Part shown: positions 12,822 to 26,210 of the stretch, one piece after another
Numbering within the stretch: position 1 is the stretch's first letter
Layout of the letters: every line of letters starts with the position of its first letter
Assembly (NCBI RefSeq): GCF_021028975.2
Contig: NC_059425.1
Coordinates: 140,616,268 to 140,680,000, forward strand
DNA from: Sphaerodactylus townsendi
Taxonomy: Eukaryota
Direction: 5' to 3'
Length of the DNA: 63,733 nucleotides
Notes under the pieces: generated by a model
Told to the model about the DNA's origin: nothing
What the model saw: the letters and a program-made list of their open reading frames with translations, nothing else
Database searches by the model: none
Program-made: the position numbers and the translations under genes

Positions 12822-15800
12822 GTGAACAAAGTGGGGCTGCAGAGCTGCCAAGCATAGAGGAGGGGAAAAAACTTGGCTTGAGGGCTGACATTCAAATCTA
12901 AAAGGAAGAAGCAGGGGAGCCCAGTTTGTCCAAGCTCACAGACCTGCAGGCAGTTAAGAGTGCCGTGCTGTCTTGTGGCAAGGAGTTCCACAGCTCCATC
13001 AGCGTCTGAGTTGGTGACTTACCTAGAAAGCTGGAGCAGGGGTGATTTTATGGTTGCACAAGTATGGGGGTAATTTCAATTTAATTGGGCATTCTGTACT
13101 TATTATTGTGTGTTTCCTCACAGCGTGGAGTTTATTAGTGTCCTGTGCTTTCAGAGTAACTAAATATAACTAATTAAAATGTGTGTCAATGGCCCTTCCG
13201 CTGCATAAAATAATCGCGTTTTCAAACCACTTTCACAACTGTTTGTAGGTGGATTTTTGCTAATCCACACAGCTTCAAAGAGCACTGAAAGCAGTTTGAA
13301 AGTGCATTGACCGTAATGCTGGAATAATGAGTATGTTAACTGGATATCCGGAACACCTCTGACATATCAGGTGATTTTTCTTTGATTTTTTTTAAAAAGG
13401 TATTGTAGTTACCTTTACCACAAATTACCATAGATGTTCCCAAGCAAGACTTTCCAGCTCTAAGTCAACATTTCCTTTAGAAGGAGTTCATTGTTAATTC
13501 AGAGTGAATGAAACACTACTGAAAAATTCAGTGAACTTTCATTTGAACGTTAATTCTAACTAGGCTTGCTACGCTTCAAATCTCTTGGAATTAAAACTTA
13601 TCTTCAGACAACACAGCTGAATTTCCCAGGAAAAAGTGGCTGTTTTGCTTTGCAGGGTAGACTCTAATGCGTTGTACCCTGGTAAGCTCCCTTTTCTTCC
13701 CTCCCCAAATCCTTTCTTCCTAGACTCTTCCCCCAATACCTTCAGAAATTTCCCTTCCTGGAGATGGCTACTCAATGGAGTTCCAGAAGCACAGGGCAAG
13801 GATAAAGAAGGTTCTTTTAATAGACACTAAACTTCAAAAGCCTCTGATGTTGGTTGCATCTGAAGAGACAGTTCATATAAGGAAAGGTGGTCCAGATCGG
13901 GGGCAGCACCTGCAGAGGGTCCACATGTCCCGGGTGCCGCCCATTGATCATGTGGGGAGTGCAATCGTGCCCCACATGATCAAGCCATGATCAAGAGCCA
14001 GGAGTCTGCATGTTCCTCTGGCAGGTATGGATGCCCCTGCTGGCAGCAGCCGGTGCCAGGTCACAGCAAGCTCCTCGAGCAAGGCAGGCGCAGCCTTTGA
14101 TGGAGATGGGAGGGGCCAGCAGCTGGCATCAGGCTGTGAGTCTGCTGCAGGCCTGCCAGGTACCTCGGCGGCGGGCCTTGTGGCGGGCTCTAGTCCAGCT
14201 GCCTGCTGCCCCTGCCGTTAGGGGGAGGGTGCATGGCACAGGAGGTGTGAAGAGGGTCAGTGGGGGTTGCCCCAGGTGCTATTTATCGCCAGTATGCCCC
14301 AGACCCTTTAACCTTTTTAAAGAGTTCAGCACTTGTCCCTTGAGTGACCTGGAAACAGACCCAAAGGGAAAAAAATCTCTGAGCCGCGAGGTCAATTTGC
14401 TCCTCCATAGACTCCATTAGCACTTTATTGCTACAAATCAGGGCTCCACAACCTGTTGCCATAAGTGCCATGGCTCTTGCAACACCTTTTCTGTACCCAC
14501 CAAGTGTTTTTAGAGATCTGAGCAGAGGCTGGTGGGGGGGTCTTTCCCCAGCAAGGCTTCTGATTGGCTGAGCATATTTTTAAAAGAACATTGATTTTGC
14601 AGCAGCAGCTGCCATCGCATAACTGGAGACCTTCACTTGTGTAACTGAAGAGGTTAGCTAGAAACCATTTTGTAACTGGCTCCACTTCCTGCTTGGCGGA
14701 CATTTTAGCCATTTTGTATTTCACCCACCAGAATTCTGAATGTGCCCTTGGGCTAAAAAGGTTGGGAACCATGGTTTTAAATACTTTTATCAAAAAGGTT
14801 TTGCTGAATACCTTTCTACGTTAACCTTTATATAACATTGTAGAATGGAAAATTATATCAAGTTCATCCTTCCTAGATGAGATTTACCAGTGGTGCACCA
14901 AATGCAGCTGATAAAAGGTATCCCAAATTATGTCTGCCATCTATGGATGTCACCGCTGAGAGAAGTTTAACAGCATATCTAATCTGGGAACCAGATTTTA
15001 AAAGGGGAACACATCCAGACAATCATTTACCAAATTTGCTGTTTGTAAACTTATCACATTTCAAAGTCAAAGAACCTTTATTGGCATAACAATATCACAG
15101 TATTATTTATTTATTTTATTTATTATTGAGTTTTGTATACTGCTATACCCCCAAACGGCTCTGGGTGGTGAACAACATAAATATAGCACATATACAATTA
15201 AAAGCCTGATAAAAAATAAACACAGATCAATATAATAATAAAACAGTGTGTCAGCTTAATAAAACCCTTCAGTAAAACCCTCCCCAAAGGGGAAGGTCCC
15301 ATAGATGGTAGGGACCCCAAACACAGGAGAATAAAGTTATATACAGGTCCACTTAACTGAATGAAACTAAAATAAAATACAAGAAGGAGGAAGAAGTTCA
15401 GATCTTGCTCCTAGAGCGCAATAATATATCTGAATCCAAGTGTTGGCAACTGTGTCATTTGCATCACTACTGGGGTTGTCCACCAGAAAGGAAATCTTTT
15501 GCAAGTCAGATGGATATTTTTTTTTTGAGTAGCAGGGATGATGGCATAAAGTGGACAATAAAGTAAAATATAATCTATAAAATCTACACAATTCCCATTG
15601 CATATGCATAGCCTTTGGTGGTAAGGGGTTTTAATAAATCTCCCTGTTGATTTGGCTGATGGAAGGACATTGCAGCAGACCCAACATCTCATTGCTCTCT
15701 GAGGAGACTAGACACAGTTATTTGAATTGTGAATATTGCTGTTTGTAAACTTATCTTAGAAACACAACCACACGAGATTGTTTGTGGTGACAGACTATGG

Positions 15801-18800
15801 AGATGAAACAAATTTGACAACATTCCTGAAACTGATTGGAAACGCAGGAACTATAATAAAATTCACCCAGCTGTGTAGCCAGATTATACAGATTCTCTGT
15901 AACTTAGCATATAACCCACAATAAACTTTCAAATGGCTAATTTATTGAGTTGGATGCAGCCAGCTTTCCTGAGGGTGAAAAAGGAAGATGTTGCCCTCTT
16001 TGACCAAGCTGAGAATGAATCTCTTATTGTATTGCTAAGAATCCGCAGGATCTGCGGAAACAACAGCTATAATGAGAGTATGGCGGCAGTGGTGGGATCC
16101 AAAAGATTTTATTGTGGAGTTCCCATGGTGGGTGGGATTCAAGAGCGCTGTGGCCTCTGCGCCAATGGGGCTGGGGCGGGGGGGCATAGCCAAGGAGTGT
16201 GACGGGCATTCCAAGGTGGGAGCATTCCTGGGCAGGGCTGTGGCAAGGATCTGGCTGCTGCGCTCCAGTCCTTGGGGCCGGGGAGAAATGAATGCACGCA
16301 GGCAGGCCTGCCCGCACACCAGTGCACCGCCTCCTGCTGGGCTTGCTTTAAGTTCGTGCTGCTACTGCTGAGGAGGAGGCGTGTGGGCAAAATCACAGAA
16401 AATCACAGTAGTAACCCCCCTCTCGGCACACACAAATGGTGGTAATCTACTCCTTGGGAACCTGTGAGAACCTGGATCCCACCTCATGTGGGTTAATTTA
16501 GAAAACTAAAGGGGAAAAGCCTGGCTGGATCCAACCCACCCTAAATAATCCCTAGCGCTATGTAGAAGGCCTCTTTGTGTTGTATGCATTTTATATTCTC
16601 CTATAGAACCAGGGCACAAACTTGAGCCATTTCATTCCTGAACTAATTGCACTTGCTTGCATTTTTCAGATGATAGAAAGGTGCAATTTTTACTAAAATG
16701 ATTCGGAGGTAAGAAAATTTCGGAATCCTGTTTTCCTAACCATGTAAGATAATGACTAAAAAGTACCATTTCAGAGTTGGAAACAATAAAGCAGAAAACC
16801 CATGTGAGCAGCAAAGCTCTTACATTAACCAGCTGAAAATGCAGATGGGAAAAGTACAAAATGATATTAAGAATTACAAGACCTTCAAAATCAAATTACT
16901 TACGTCTTGATTTTGTCGTGACTTGTCATATTTTGTTATCATTTCGAGAAAGCGATGTCAGCACTCAGTTCAATGACACGCATGATAGAGCCACCCGTCT
17001 CATATTGAACAGCAAGAAGAGCCATAATCTGCAAGATTGCTATTATTGCTGACTTCATAATGATTAGTCATATACTAAGACATCATGTTTATTGGTATTG
17101 AATTACCTTCCTTCATCGCTCATCAAGAGATGTCTCAGAGAAACCCTTCCCCAAAGGATAACATCAGTATTCATAGTATATCAGTGGTTGTCAGATTCCC
17201 TGTTCAGACAATGAAATCACTTGATTGGTTTAAAGGCTTTACTGAAGAATGTCAGGAACATAGAAGGAGAGTTCTGGCAAAAACCACGACAAACTCTTGA
17301 TAATATGAGTGCAAGATCCCCACCCCCACATGAGAAGCAAACAGTTCACATTGGGCCTTTCCCCACTTTTGTAAGCCCGCTACTCTAAAGTAGCGGGGTC
17401 GAGGCCTCTGGCAGAGGCGGCGATAGCGCAGCTTCCCATTTACCTCTCCGCCCTCTGTGGCGGTATCTAAGCTCTTGTAGTAAACAGCACGATGGGAGCA
17501 TACCGTCGCCAGGATGCAGCGTGCTGAGAGCAGCGTGCAGAAGGGATCCTCGAGTGGAAACGCCATTGTCTGTGGTCTGGAGTCTCGTCTCAGCCGCCAA
17601 AACTCCAAGGCCACAGCTGAAGTGATAAAACAGCACCTGCAAAGCAAAATCGAATCCCACCCCAACAGCCCCATCATGACAGTGGTCCTTTCTGCAAGCG
17701 AAATACAAGAACATCCTGCAGATCTTTAGAAAGATCCGTTTGGCTTTTGTGTTCCATTCCCGAAAGAACACAAGCATTGGCAGCCAAAACTGATCTTTTA
17801 TCCACCTGATGGCGGCGAACTCTAGTCCAATTTCAAGAGTTGCACCCACACCATTTTGTGTACTGCTGCAGAGATTCCCTGCCTCTGCCATTTTGGTGAA
17901 GGTTCTCCCGCTTGTCGCTCACCGTCTGCGGTTTCTGTAAAAGTAGACGAATAAGTTTTGTTTGCCTGGCGATCCCTGCGCGCGTGTTGTTTTCTTTTTT
18001 TTTTTTATTTTCAGGGGGGGATGTGTCTGTAGGCTACAACCAACGATATGCACATAGTGCGAAAAACTACTCTAATAAATTGGCGTTGTGGCTTCCCAGG
18101 CTGTCCACTGAAAAAAGAAAAAAACATACATTGGATCGATGAAGCAAAACAAACATTCATCTATTTTTTTTACATGAGAATCATGAAAATCATGAGAACT
18201 AGAGCACACAATGAGACGCCAAATGTATGTAGCCTGTTAGGCTTGCATGTCTGAGTCTGGGGGGTGGGAAGCCCGGGAACCTCTACGCAGGGCTTGGGGA
18301 TCTCCTGGAATTACATCTGATGGCCAGATGTTAGAGTTCAGTTCCCCTGGAAAAAATGGCTGCCTTTGTAAGGTGGATTCTCCTGAGACCCTTGACCCAG
18401 ATTCCTACCCCCCAAATTTCAAGGAACTTCCCAATTCAGGAGGTGACACCTCTTGACAGGGAATCATGCATAAACCACATTATTTCTAGAATTTGGAAAT
18501 AAAAATATGTGCTTTTTAGTAATGAAGTTGGGAGATGCCTGCGTCAGACAGAGCTACAGCGGTTTGCTGTGCAGAGCGAGCAATCACCCTGGTCAGAGCG
18601 TTTCCCCACTCACCAGGATCCCCTATGCTGCCTTGCTCTCAGCGGCATCCCACTAGTGCAGCCGGGCATCCGATCATCAAAGGCGCCCGTTTTCTCAGTG
18701 CCAGGGATGCTGCGGCTGGTATGACAGCGAAGGCGCAAACTGTTTGCCGCCCACAATAAATTAGGGGACCCCACGCTACTTGAGGAAATGGCGGGGCTTA

Positions 18801-21800
18801 AAGGTGAAAGTGGGGAAAGGCCAAAGCCTTGAAAGAATTGATTTGTGCCACAAGCGCCACTGTTGATATTGTATGAAGCAGATCCCACCCGGCCTCTTTT
18901 CCTGCAGATGGGAGCGTGGTCGAGCAGCAGGCCTGGAGTTGGCAAAAATGGAGGACATCAGTTTTGCAAAGATCAAGCAGAGGCAGCAGGCAGAAATTAA
19001 AGAAGAGCTTTACCATGCTGATAAACAGCTGACAATGGTGAGGTCCCCCCTTCCTTAGTATACAGGCAGGCTAGTTAGGGAGAATCCTTTCCTCAAAATC
19101 ACGTTATAATAACCCCTTCCCCTTTGATGGACTCTTGTCTCATGTGCTCCTTGAAGGATAGTTGCTGGTCCCAGATTCCCCGTCCCATATTATCACCTTC
19201 CGGCTGCATAAATGTGCTAGCCAGCGCACCGAAAGGGATGGCATTATTAATGGTGCAGGGACAGACAGCAGGAATGCTTTGCTTTGCATTTTATAGAAGC
19301 TCTACCATGGAGTGGCGTTTAGATGCTTTGTCCATTAAGATCATAGATCATAGGTGTCAAATTCGCGTCTCTCCAGATGTTATTTACTACAGTTCCCATA
19401 ATCCCCTGCCAGCACTATGCTTAGCAAGGTATAGGAACTATGGATCCTGGAAGAGCTGCTACCTGTCATAGAAGGATAGAAACACAGCCCATCCTGATGA
19501 TCTTCCCAGCTGAACCATCTACCTATTATGATTCTATCTCATTTCCCCTTTAAGGAGTTCAGGTTGGATACCAAATATACAGCAAAGGCTAACATTGTGT
19601 ATATATCATAGCTACCAACATAATCACATTTGCATTTGTCTCTATTTTGGACATCTGCCAAAACCCACTCTAGAAGATGAGATGCTTATTTATGCAGAGT
19701 AGCTGTTTAATTCCTTGGTTTGTGGGTCATTATGGGCATCCATAGTTACCAACTGCAATAGAGGAGGTGAAGAAATGGCTTTTTCCACCTGAGGTTTGAA
19801 CTGAACATTTTAACCCTTTTTTTCCTCAGGGGAGGAGGAATGGGGAAGTCAGTTCAATTGCTTCCCAGCCTGACTTCAGCCACCTATTTAGAACTAGATT
19901 TAGGAACTAGATTAGCCTGTGCACTCCAGCACACGCCAGTTGGATGACCTTGGGTGAGCCACAGTTCTTCTGAGCTCTCTCAGCCCCACCTACCTCACAG
20001 GGTGTTTGTTGTGGGGGAGGAAGGGAAAGGAGATTGTAGTCAGGTAGTCTCCTTACGGGGAGGGTATAAATCAGGCCTCCTCCTCCTAATAGAAATACCA
20101 AGAGATCATGGTGGCCCAAGCTCCCTCCCCATTTTTTCAAGCAGGGATCAAAGAGTTGGAGGTTCCAAAATGCCAGAAAAAGACTCAGGAAGAAAACTCC
20201 TGGAGACTCCAGGAAAAGTCTGGTCAGTGGGTGGAGAAAGGGAAAGAATACATTTCCCAGGAGCAAGGAGGAAGCTCTCTTCTGGCTGGGTCTCTCAGGG
20301 AGACAAAACTCTCACCTGAAGTCTGGAGGAGGAAGTTGGGGAATCCTTTCAGATAATGAAAACTCTGTAGAGATCTAGAACATCATAAGCCCAAGAGCTT
20401 GTCCTATATTCTAACATCTGACAGGACATGTGTAGAAAGAGGAACTGCATTTCTCTCATTTCTTTTGGATCCCTTGCTGAGTCTGGTGCTGTGCTAAAAG
20501 TATGCTTGTAAACATTTTCTTTTTAGTCAAGTCAAGTCAACCTTTATTGGCATATCAGCATAAAAAACAGATTTAAAAAGAATGTATCCATATATAACAT
20601 AATAGATCTTGCGAATTGGCTGCATTACCTCAAAAGTTTTACTCTACATTTGTAGATACTTCTCAACAGTGAGACATAGAAATTGGGCTGTTGTCTGGAT
20701 TATATTATCAACATCATTGTTCAAGTATAAGATTTTTTTTGTTGGCCCTTCCTCCCCCACAACAAACACCCTATGAGGTGGGTGGGGTTGAGAGTCACTG
20801 TATTGGACATACTAGTTTAAAAAGGGAGAGCCAGGAGGGGGGAAAGACTGGCAATAGGCTACTGGTTACTCTTCATGGGCTCAGGCAGTAAACTGTCTCT
20901 GTGGTACCCAGGCGTAGGGTGGGGGACACACCGAGGCAAAGCCTCAGAGTTTGGAAGGGAAGCTGAGGGGTTGTGAACCCCGCCCCCAAGTGGCCAGTTC
21001 CTACTACAGACAGGTTAACCAAGGGGGGGGAGAGAGAGAGAGAGAAGCCCTTCTTTACAAATCTCCTCAAACGTTTGTAAAACATTTTCAATCCCTTCCC
21101 TTTTGTTAGCTTATGAAACAATTCCTGGCTTCTACTTGCTGTTTTTCCCTGTCTGTGTGTGTGGACAAATTGATGCTTCTATGCTTCATAGTCTTGTGTT
21201 GCAGTCCCCTGAGTCTATAGTCAATGCTGTGTAAATTAAGCCCCCTCAAATCTCCAAAAATGCTCTGAAAGAAGAGGGCAAGGGGCTTCTGGAGGCAAGA
21301 AGTGGCTTAAAGGAACAGTACACAAATGAAGCCTTCAAAAAAGTTTCAACCAAAAATCATTGCTAGAGAAGAGGATGCATTTAAAATGTTTTGAGACTGC
21401 AAATAAAGCATTTTGGGGAGTAAAACAATGCAGAACTTCTCAGAGGAAATGTTTTGTTCTGCTAAAACATTTTAAAGTGTCTGTGTGGAAAAGGTCAGAG
21501 AAGCCCCTGTAGGGAACCCCTCAGAGAGGGAAGGGGTGGAATATTGCCTGCAGGTCAGAGCAGGCCTGTTCCGCTACAGATACGAGGGCTGGGGTGACAG
21601 TATTGGAAAATGGATCCTGAGTAATCAGGGAGATCTAAAAGCAGCAGGGAAGGGTGAATCACTCATGCCCTTTTTGTGTTTGTCAGGTTCGACGAGAAGC
21701 CTTGCGTCATCTCCTCAGGACTGAGCATCTGCAATACCAGCTGGAATTGAACCACCTGGGCAAGTCGTTCTCATTAGAAGCGGCGCGGAGGCTGCTGCCG

Positions 21801-21857
21801 CTTAAGACATGCCCAGGGATCCCCGCCATGAAAGTGATGGAAGGCAAGTGCTCTTAG
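12724..21857 (+). CDS. CFAP141: CFAP141/C1orf189-family small ciliary protein, 3 coding exons (12724-12821, 18908-19037, 21687-21857), 132 aa; could be a divergent paralog
   Basis: GT-AG splicing joins in frame: MATPKDKGTKNIHVLTQERIMKEEEVGLEMAAR|WERGRAAGLELAKMEDISFAKIKQRQQAEIKEELYHADKQLTM|VRREALRHLLRTEHLQYQLELNHLGKSF... The C-terminal half matches human C1orf189 as recalled ([33 protein letters not shown]), and the W...M block is the same 43-aa length. ATTAAA at 21924. Confidence 0.8.
15925..18780 (-). ncRNA. Candidate spliced antisense lncRNA nested in intron 1 of the CFAP141-like gene
   Basis: Minus-strand exons bounded by good splice sites: ..18614 (ctg|gtgagt), 17934-17852, 17636-17504, optional 17200-17107, 17028-16904 (gac|gtaagt), 16832-16767 or 16741, 16051-terminal with AATAAA at 15946-15941. 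No convincing protein. The 5' end is not defined. Confidence 0.45.
17380..18930. promoter_or_regulatory. CpG-enriched region (intragenic, likely non-methylated island)
   Basis: Visibly higher CpG density than the flanks; overlaps the first exons of the antisense model. Confidence 0.5.
18908..19037 (+). CDS. CFAP141: CFAP141-like coding exon 2
   Basis: Acceptor ctcttttcctgcag, donor ATG|gtgagg, 130 nt, open frame. Confidence 0.85.
19905..20088 (+). mobile_element. Squam3-like SINE, 5'-truncated
   Basis: GAGCTCTCTCAGCCCCACCTACCTCACAGGGTG..GGAAGGGAAAGG body with (CCT)n tail. Confidence 0.75.
21687..21857 (+). CDS. CFAP141: CFAP141-like coding exon 3 (terminal)
   Basis: Acceptor tttttgtgtttgtcag; encodes VRREALRHLL..EHLQYQLELNHLGKSF; TAG stop. 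Confidence 0.85.
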   Translation, partial: VRREALRHLLRTEHLQYQLELNHLGKSFSLEAARRLLPLKTCPGIPAMKVMEGKCS

Positions 21858-24800
21858 CTTGCACTCACTGCCTAGGGAAACTGTCCTCTCACTAGGTGGT
21901 GAAAGTACACACCACTGAGAAAGATTAAAGACTTCTATTTTGCTTAAGTGGACATCACAGTCTGGTTATTCACACAGTTAAATGAAATGATAGGGCAGCA
22001 GTGGCATACTGGGCCTAAATAGAGCCCGGGCACATGACTGCCTCCCCATTCCCCTCCCCCGGCTCCCCAGTTATGGGAGGCAAAGAGAGCAGGGGCTGAG
22101 GAAGCTCAGACATATGCCACGGCAGCAGGCTGGCTCCTCTGCCAGCCTGTGCCATGGCATCCACAGTGCCCGCCTGGCCCATCCTCCTGGCTTCCCTGCA
22201 GGCCAGTGTCTGTCCTCCTCAGGAAAAGTATGAAAAGTATGCAGCCTTCTTACACAATCAGAAATTCCCTATTGGCTAAAATGGAACCAAGGCACAGCTC
22301 CATTGAGCATGGCTCCATTGAGCAGAGAATCTGGGCAAATTTCTTGGGGTGCTTGTCAAGGACGCATTGTGTTAATGAGAGGACAGTTTGAGTGGGAGAA
22401 AGCAGGGACACATTTTTTAAAGTGCAGCATGAAATTTCAGGGTCTAATCTGAAGACTGTCCTGATGATACCACCTGAGTTTGGTGAGGTTTGATGGGGGG
22501 GGGGCAAAGTTATGGAACCCCATCTCCTGTTAGCTCCCATTGGAAACAATGGGGGATGGGGATTACTTTGAGGTCAGCGCCCCCCTCCCAAAAGGCCAAA
22601 TATGCCAAATTTGGGTGACATCGTCTTCAAAATGCACTTACCTGAATTGAAATGTGAAAAAACCACAAAAAATAAGACTGACCGAATGTATTAGGATGTC
22701 GAGGAATCTAATTATTGAGACTTGTCGGGCATGCAGATACTTTTGTGACTGAATAAGCCCGAATGCGAATTTTACCAAATATTTAAGGTATTGACCAAGC
22801 CTAGCTGCCACACTTTGGTGTGCCATTTCAGTTGCTAAGCCTTTGAGTTTGCTAGGTAGCCCAAACTCTGGCACTTTTTAACCATGATTGTACAGCATAA
22901 AAGCTTCGGTTAACTTGGGGCTATGCTCAAAGGAAGGAGAAGCTGCTTTTAAAGAGTAAGATGTTACATGCACCTGGGATTTGCAGGGTGTAAAACAATA
23001 GCAATGTCTGGCCTTGTTAGGCAGGTGCGCCTAACGGCAAGGAGATCAGCTCTCGCCTATTAGATACAGGGCTGCTGTAGAAAAATCCCAGTATGTTTCA
23101 TTCTTTCTTGAGGGGGACTGTAGGATAATAATGTGATTCTTACACTGTCAAATAGAATAGATCCATGTGCTTACAAAACTAAACCGAAATTAAAATAGCT
23201 GGCTATGTAAAATAATGCATATTACTTATCATGCACAGATCTACTGATAGGACTGCCTCATCTTAAAATCCACACATAACCTTACAACAATTTCTTACTC
23301 ATAGGGAGAAGGTAGCAGAATCGCACATACACATACATAAACAGAATTCATCTAATATGATAAAATATATTTTCTATCAGATATTTTTTGGAGTTGTCTC
23401 TATACATTATGTTAAATTTGACTTTAAATCTCACACAAACTTCAGGGGAGGATCAACTTTATTAATAATTCAAATGTTTGAAACTTATCAAAACTTAGGC
23501 TGATGTCCCTGTTCATCTTTTAGATTTCAAATCAAATAGTCATATCCCACTTTCCCTTTATTTTAGTGCTGGATTAAACAGTCTAGCACTAATCTCTGTG
23601 ACAATCTGATTATTTTTTTCCTCTCTGCCTCATGTCTGTTCATTCAGCAGGGATGCCTACCCCAAGGCAAGTCTCTCAGAAGAGCATCTTGCGCCTGGAA
23701 AAGGTTTCTTCTGTTGGAGGAAATTGCTTTCACTAGTGGAGCAGATATGTAGGATCCAACACAAATAAAATAAGAACGTGATTTCCCAGTTCTCAGTACT
23801 GCATTAAAATGTGAGCACTGATTGCTTTTTCTCCTGCAGATAAGTAATAGTTAAGCATTGAATATTTTTAAACTACCCAGAGATGAAAATGCTAGGAGTG
23901 TTATGATTACTGCCATTGTTATGGTACCAGTGATCAAATTAGTGGTCTAAAAGGAGTCTGGAGAAATGCATTCTATTCAGTGGTTCCAGCCTGGGGTAGT
24001 GTACCCTAGAGTGCGATGCCTGATGTTGAGGACATGTGAAAAGAAAAATTATAATCGTTTGCTAATATGGGGTACAATTTTGGGAAATGGATTGCCAAGG
24101 GGCATCTGAGGTGAAAAAAGGTTGGGAACCACTGTTCTGTTCCATCATTCTTTGTGAAATTGTGTGTGGGAAAAAAATTATTAGTCACAACAGGATTTAT
24201 AATCTGGGACATGAAGTGTAGTTGCCAAATACAGATTTATCAAAGTATTGAAACAACACAAAATCTTCTGCAAGATTGAATTCACCTATTACCAAAGCCA
24301 TTTCTTTTTCAAAGCAAAGATGAAGTGCTTTTAGGTTCATTCTGTTACTGCAGGCTGAACCTGCTTATTTATGAAGGAATCCTCAGAAATCAGGAAACAC
24401 ACATATTCTGTGTTAAATGTTTGAGGCATGGTTCAGGTGGGTCAACCATGACAGAAGTGTGGTAGGTTGCTCAAAGTTAGCAATCCAAGCAAGGCACTAT
24501 ATGGCTAATGGTACTGTTATACCAATATCTCCTAATATTCAATAGAAACTTTACAAAACTAGAAATAAAGCTTCTATATATTGTGTTAAACTTAACAACA
24601 TAAACAAAAGCATTACACAGGCTTATTATTGTGTGATGTAGTTCACACAAAGATTCTGCTCCACACAGTCCATCCTCAAAGGGCTCACAACAGCAAATTA
24701 GCATAAACAAATTGCACACAGTTATGCGTCCCCTGGTTGTTGAATGACTTTGTAAGGGGAAACCTGAACAGTGGCCGTCATCCTATGTGTAACAGTAGTA

Positions 24801-25150
24801 AAAATAAATATTGTCTAAACACATTTCAGAAGCAATATAGTAACATGATAGTAGATTGAACCTACTTGTAATTCTCCCAAAATTGTTTTCCCAAAAATGC
24901 TATCAAAAAAAAAAATCTTTAAAAGGTTCTTTTATGCATTGCTGTATAAGAACTGGCTCTCCTATAACCCATAAATACATATAGAAGTTTGCTATTATGG
25001 AAACACTTGTAAAAAAAAAAAAGTAAAGAAAATTACCAGACTAGAGACTCTGGTCACGATGCTCTGGTCTAGTCTCAGTACCTTCTACTGAAAGCATAGA
25101 CGTTTGCCTAAAGCTTCAGTTAAATGAATGAAACATAATCGCTCCAAGGA

Positions 25151-25435
25151 AAGAGGAGGAGGCGTTATGGTTTATTCCCCTGTGCTCCTGTAAAGGAAAA
25201 CCCTCAAAGGGACTTACAATCTCCTTTCCTCTCCCCTCACCAAGTACCCTGTGAGGTAGGTGGGGCTGAGAGAGAGCTCCGAAGAACTGTGACTGTGAGT
25301 CACCCAGCTGTGTTGGAGTGCACAGGTAATCCCTAGTTCACCAGATAAGCCTCCTGGCTCAGAGTGGCAGACAGAATCAAACTGGGTTCCCCAGATTAGA
25401 GTACACCTGCTCTTAACCACTACACCCTCTGGCTT
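25151..25435 (-). mobile_element. Squam3-like tRNA-derived SINE
   Basis: Head GGTGTAGTGGTTAAGAGCAG on the minus strand; same body as the other copies. Confidence 0.8.
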
Positions 25436-26011
25436 AGCCACTATTAGCAAAACCCCCCTCACTAGTTAGAAAGTGCCATGTCAAACCCACAAAAGAGCCA
25501 GGAGAAGAATGTCAATTTACAAAAGTTCAAACTCTGGTTGGAGTCAAAGAAAGAAGAGGAGGAACCGGGAGGGCAGCCTGAGAACCAGGCCTCGAGTTGG
25601 AGAAGCTTCCTCTTTAAACTGGCAGTGGTGATTTATCGGATCAACAAGTGCAAAGAGCAGTGTTGAATATTAATGATACTGTGGACCGACAGCACCTTTA
25701 GCCATGCAGGGGTTCTTGGATTGCTTAACACCTCAGGTGGGGCCGATGAATTACACCGTTACAGCTGATCTTCAGGCTGCAGAGATGAGTTCTCCTGGAG
25801 AAAATTAATGTTTACAATGGTGCTTGGACTGCATGGCAATATCCTCTGGTCAGGTCCCTCTCATCCCCCAGCCACCGCACACTCCCATGCGAAACCACCA
25901 CCACCCATCTCTGGGAATTCCCCAACCCCATGCTCTGTTTCCTCAAGCAGAGTCACAGGACTGTAGAGATCAGCAGGGAACAGGATGCATCGGGCCCACT
26001 GCGGGACAGCA

Positions 26012-26210
26012 GTGAACTCTAATCTAAGTCAGGGGTTGTTTCCTCCTGAAGCCTGCTAGGTGACCTTGGGCCAGTCACTGTTCTCTCAGAACTCTCTCAG
26101 ACACACCTACCTCACAAGGTGTCTGCTGTGGAGGAAGGAAGGGAAAGGAGTTTATGAAAGCCGCTTTGGCACTCCTCGTGGTTGAGAAAAGCGGAGTAGA
26201 TCCCTTCTTC
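26012..26210 (+). mobile_element. Squam3-like SINE
   Basis: GGTGACCTTGGGCCAGTCAC..CTACCTCACAAGGTGTC body. Confidence 0.7.

Noticed and set aside
16904-17028. Multiple in-frame TGA suggesting a selenoprotein
   Set aside because: No selenoprotein homology or SECIS recognised; better explained as noncoding
17385-17891. 168-aa single-exon ORF MAEAGNLC...
   Set aside because: No recognisable family; crosses apparent introns of the antisense model
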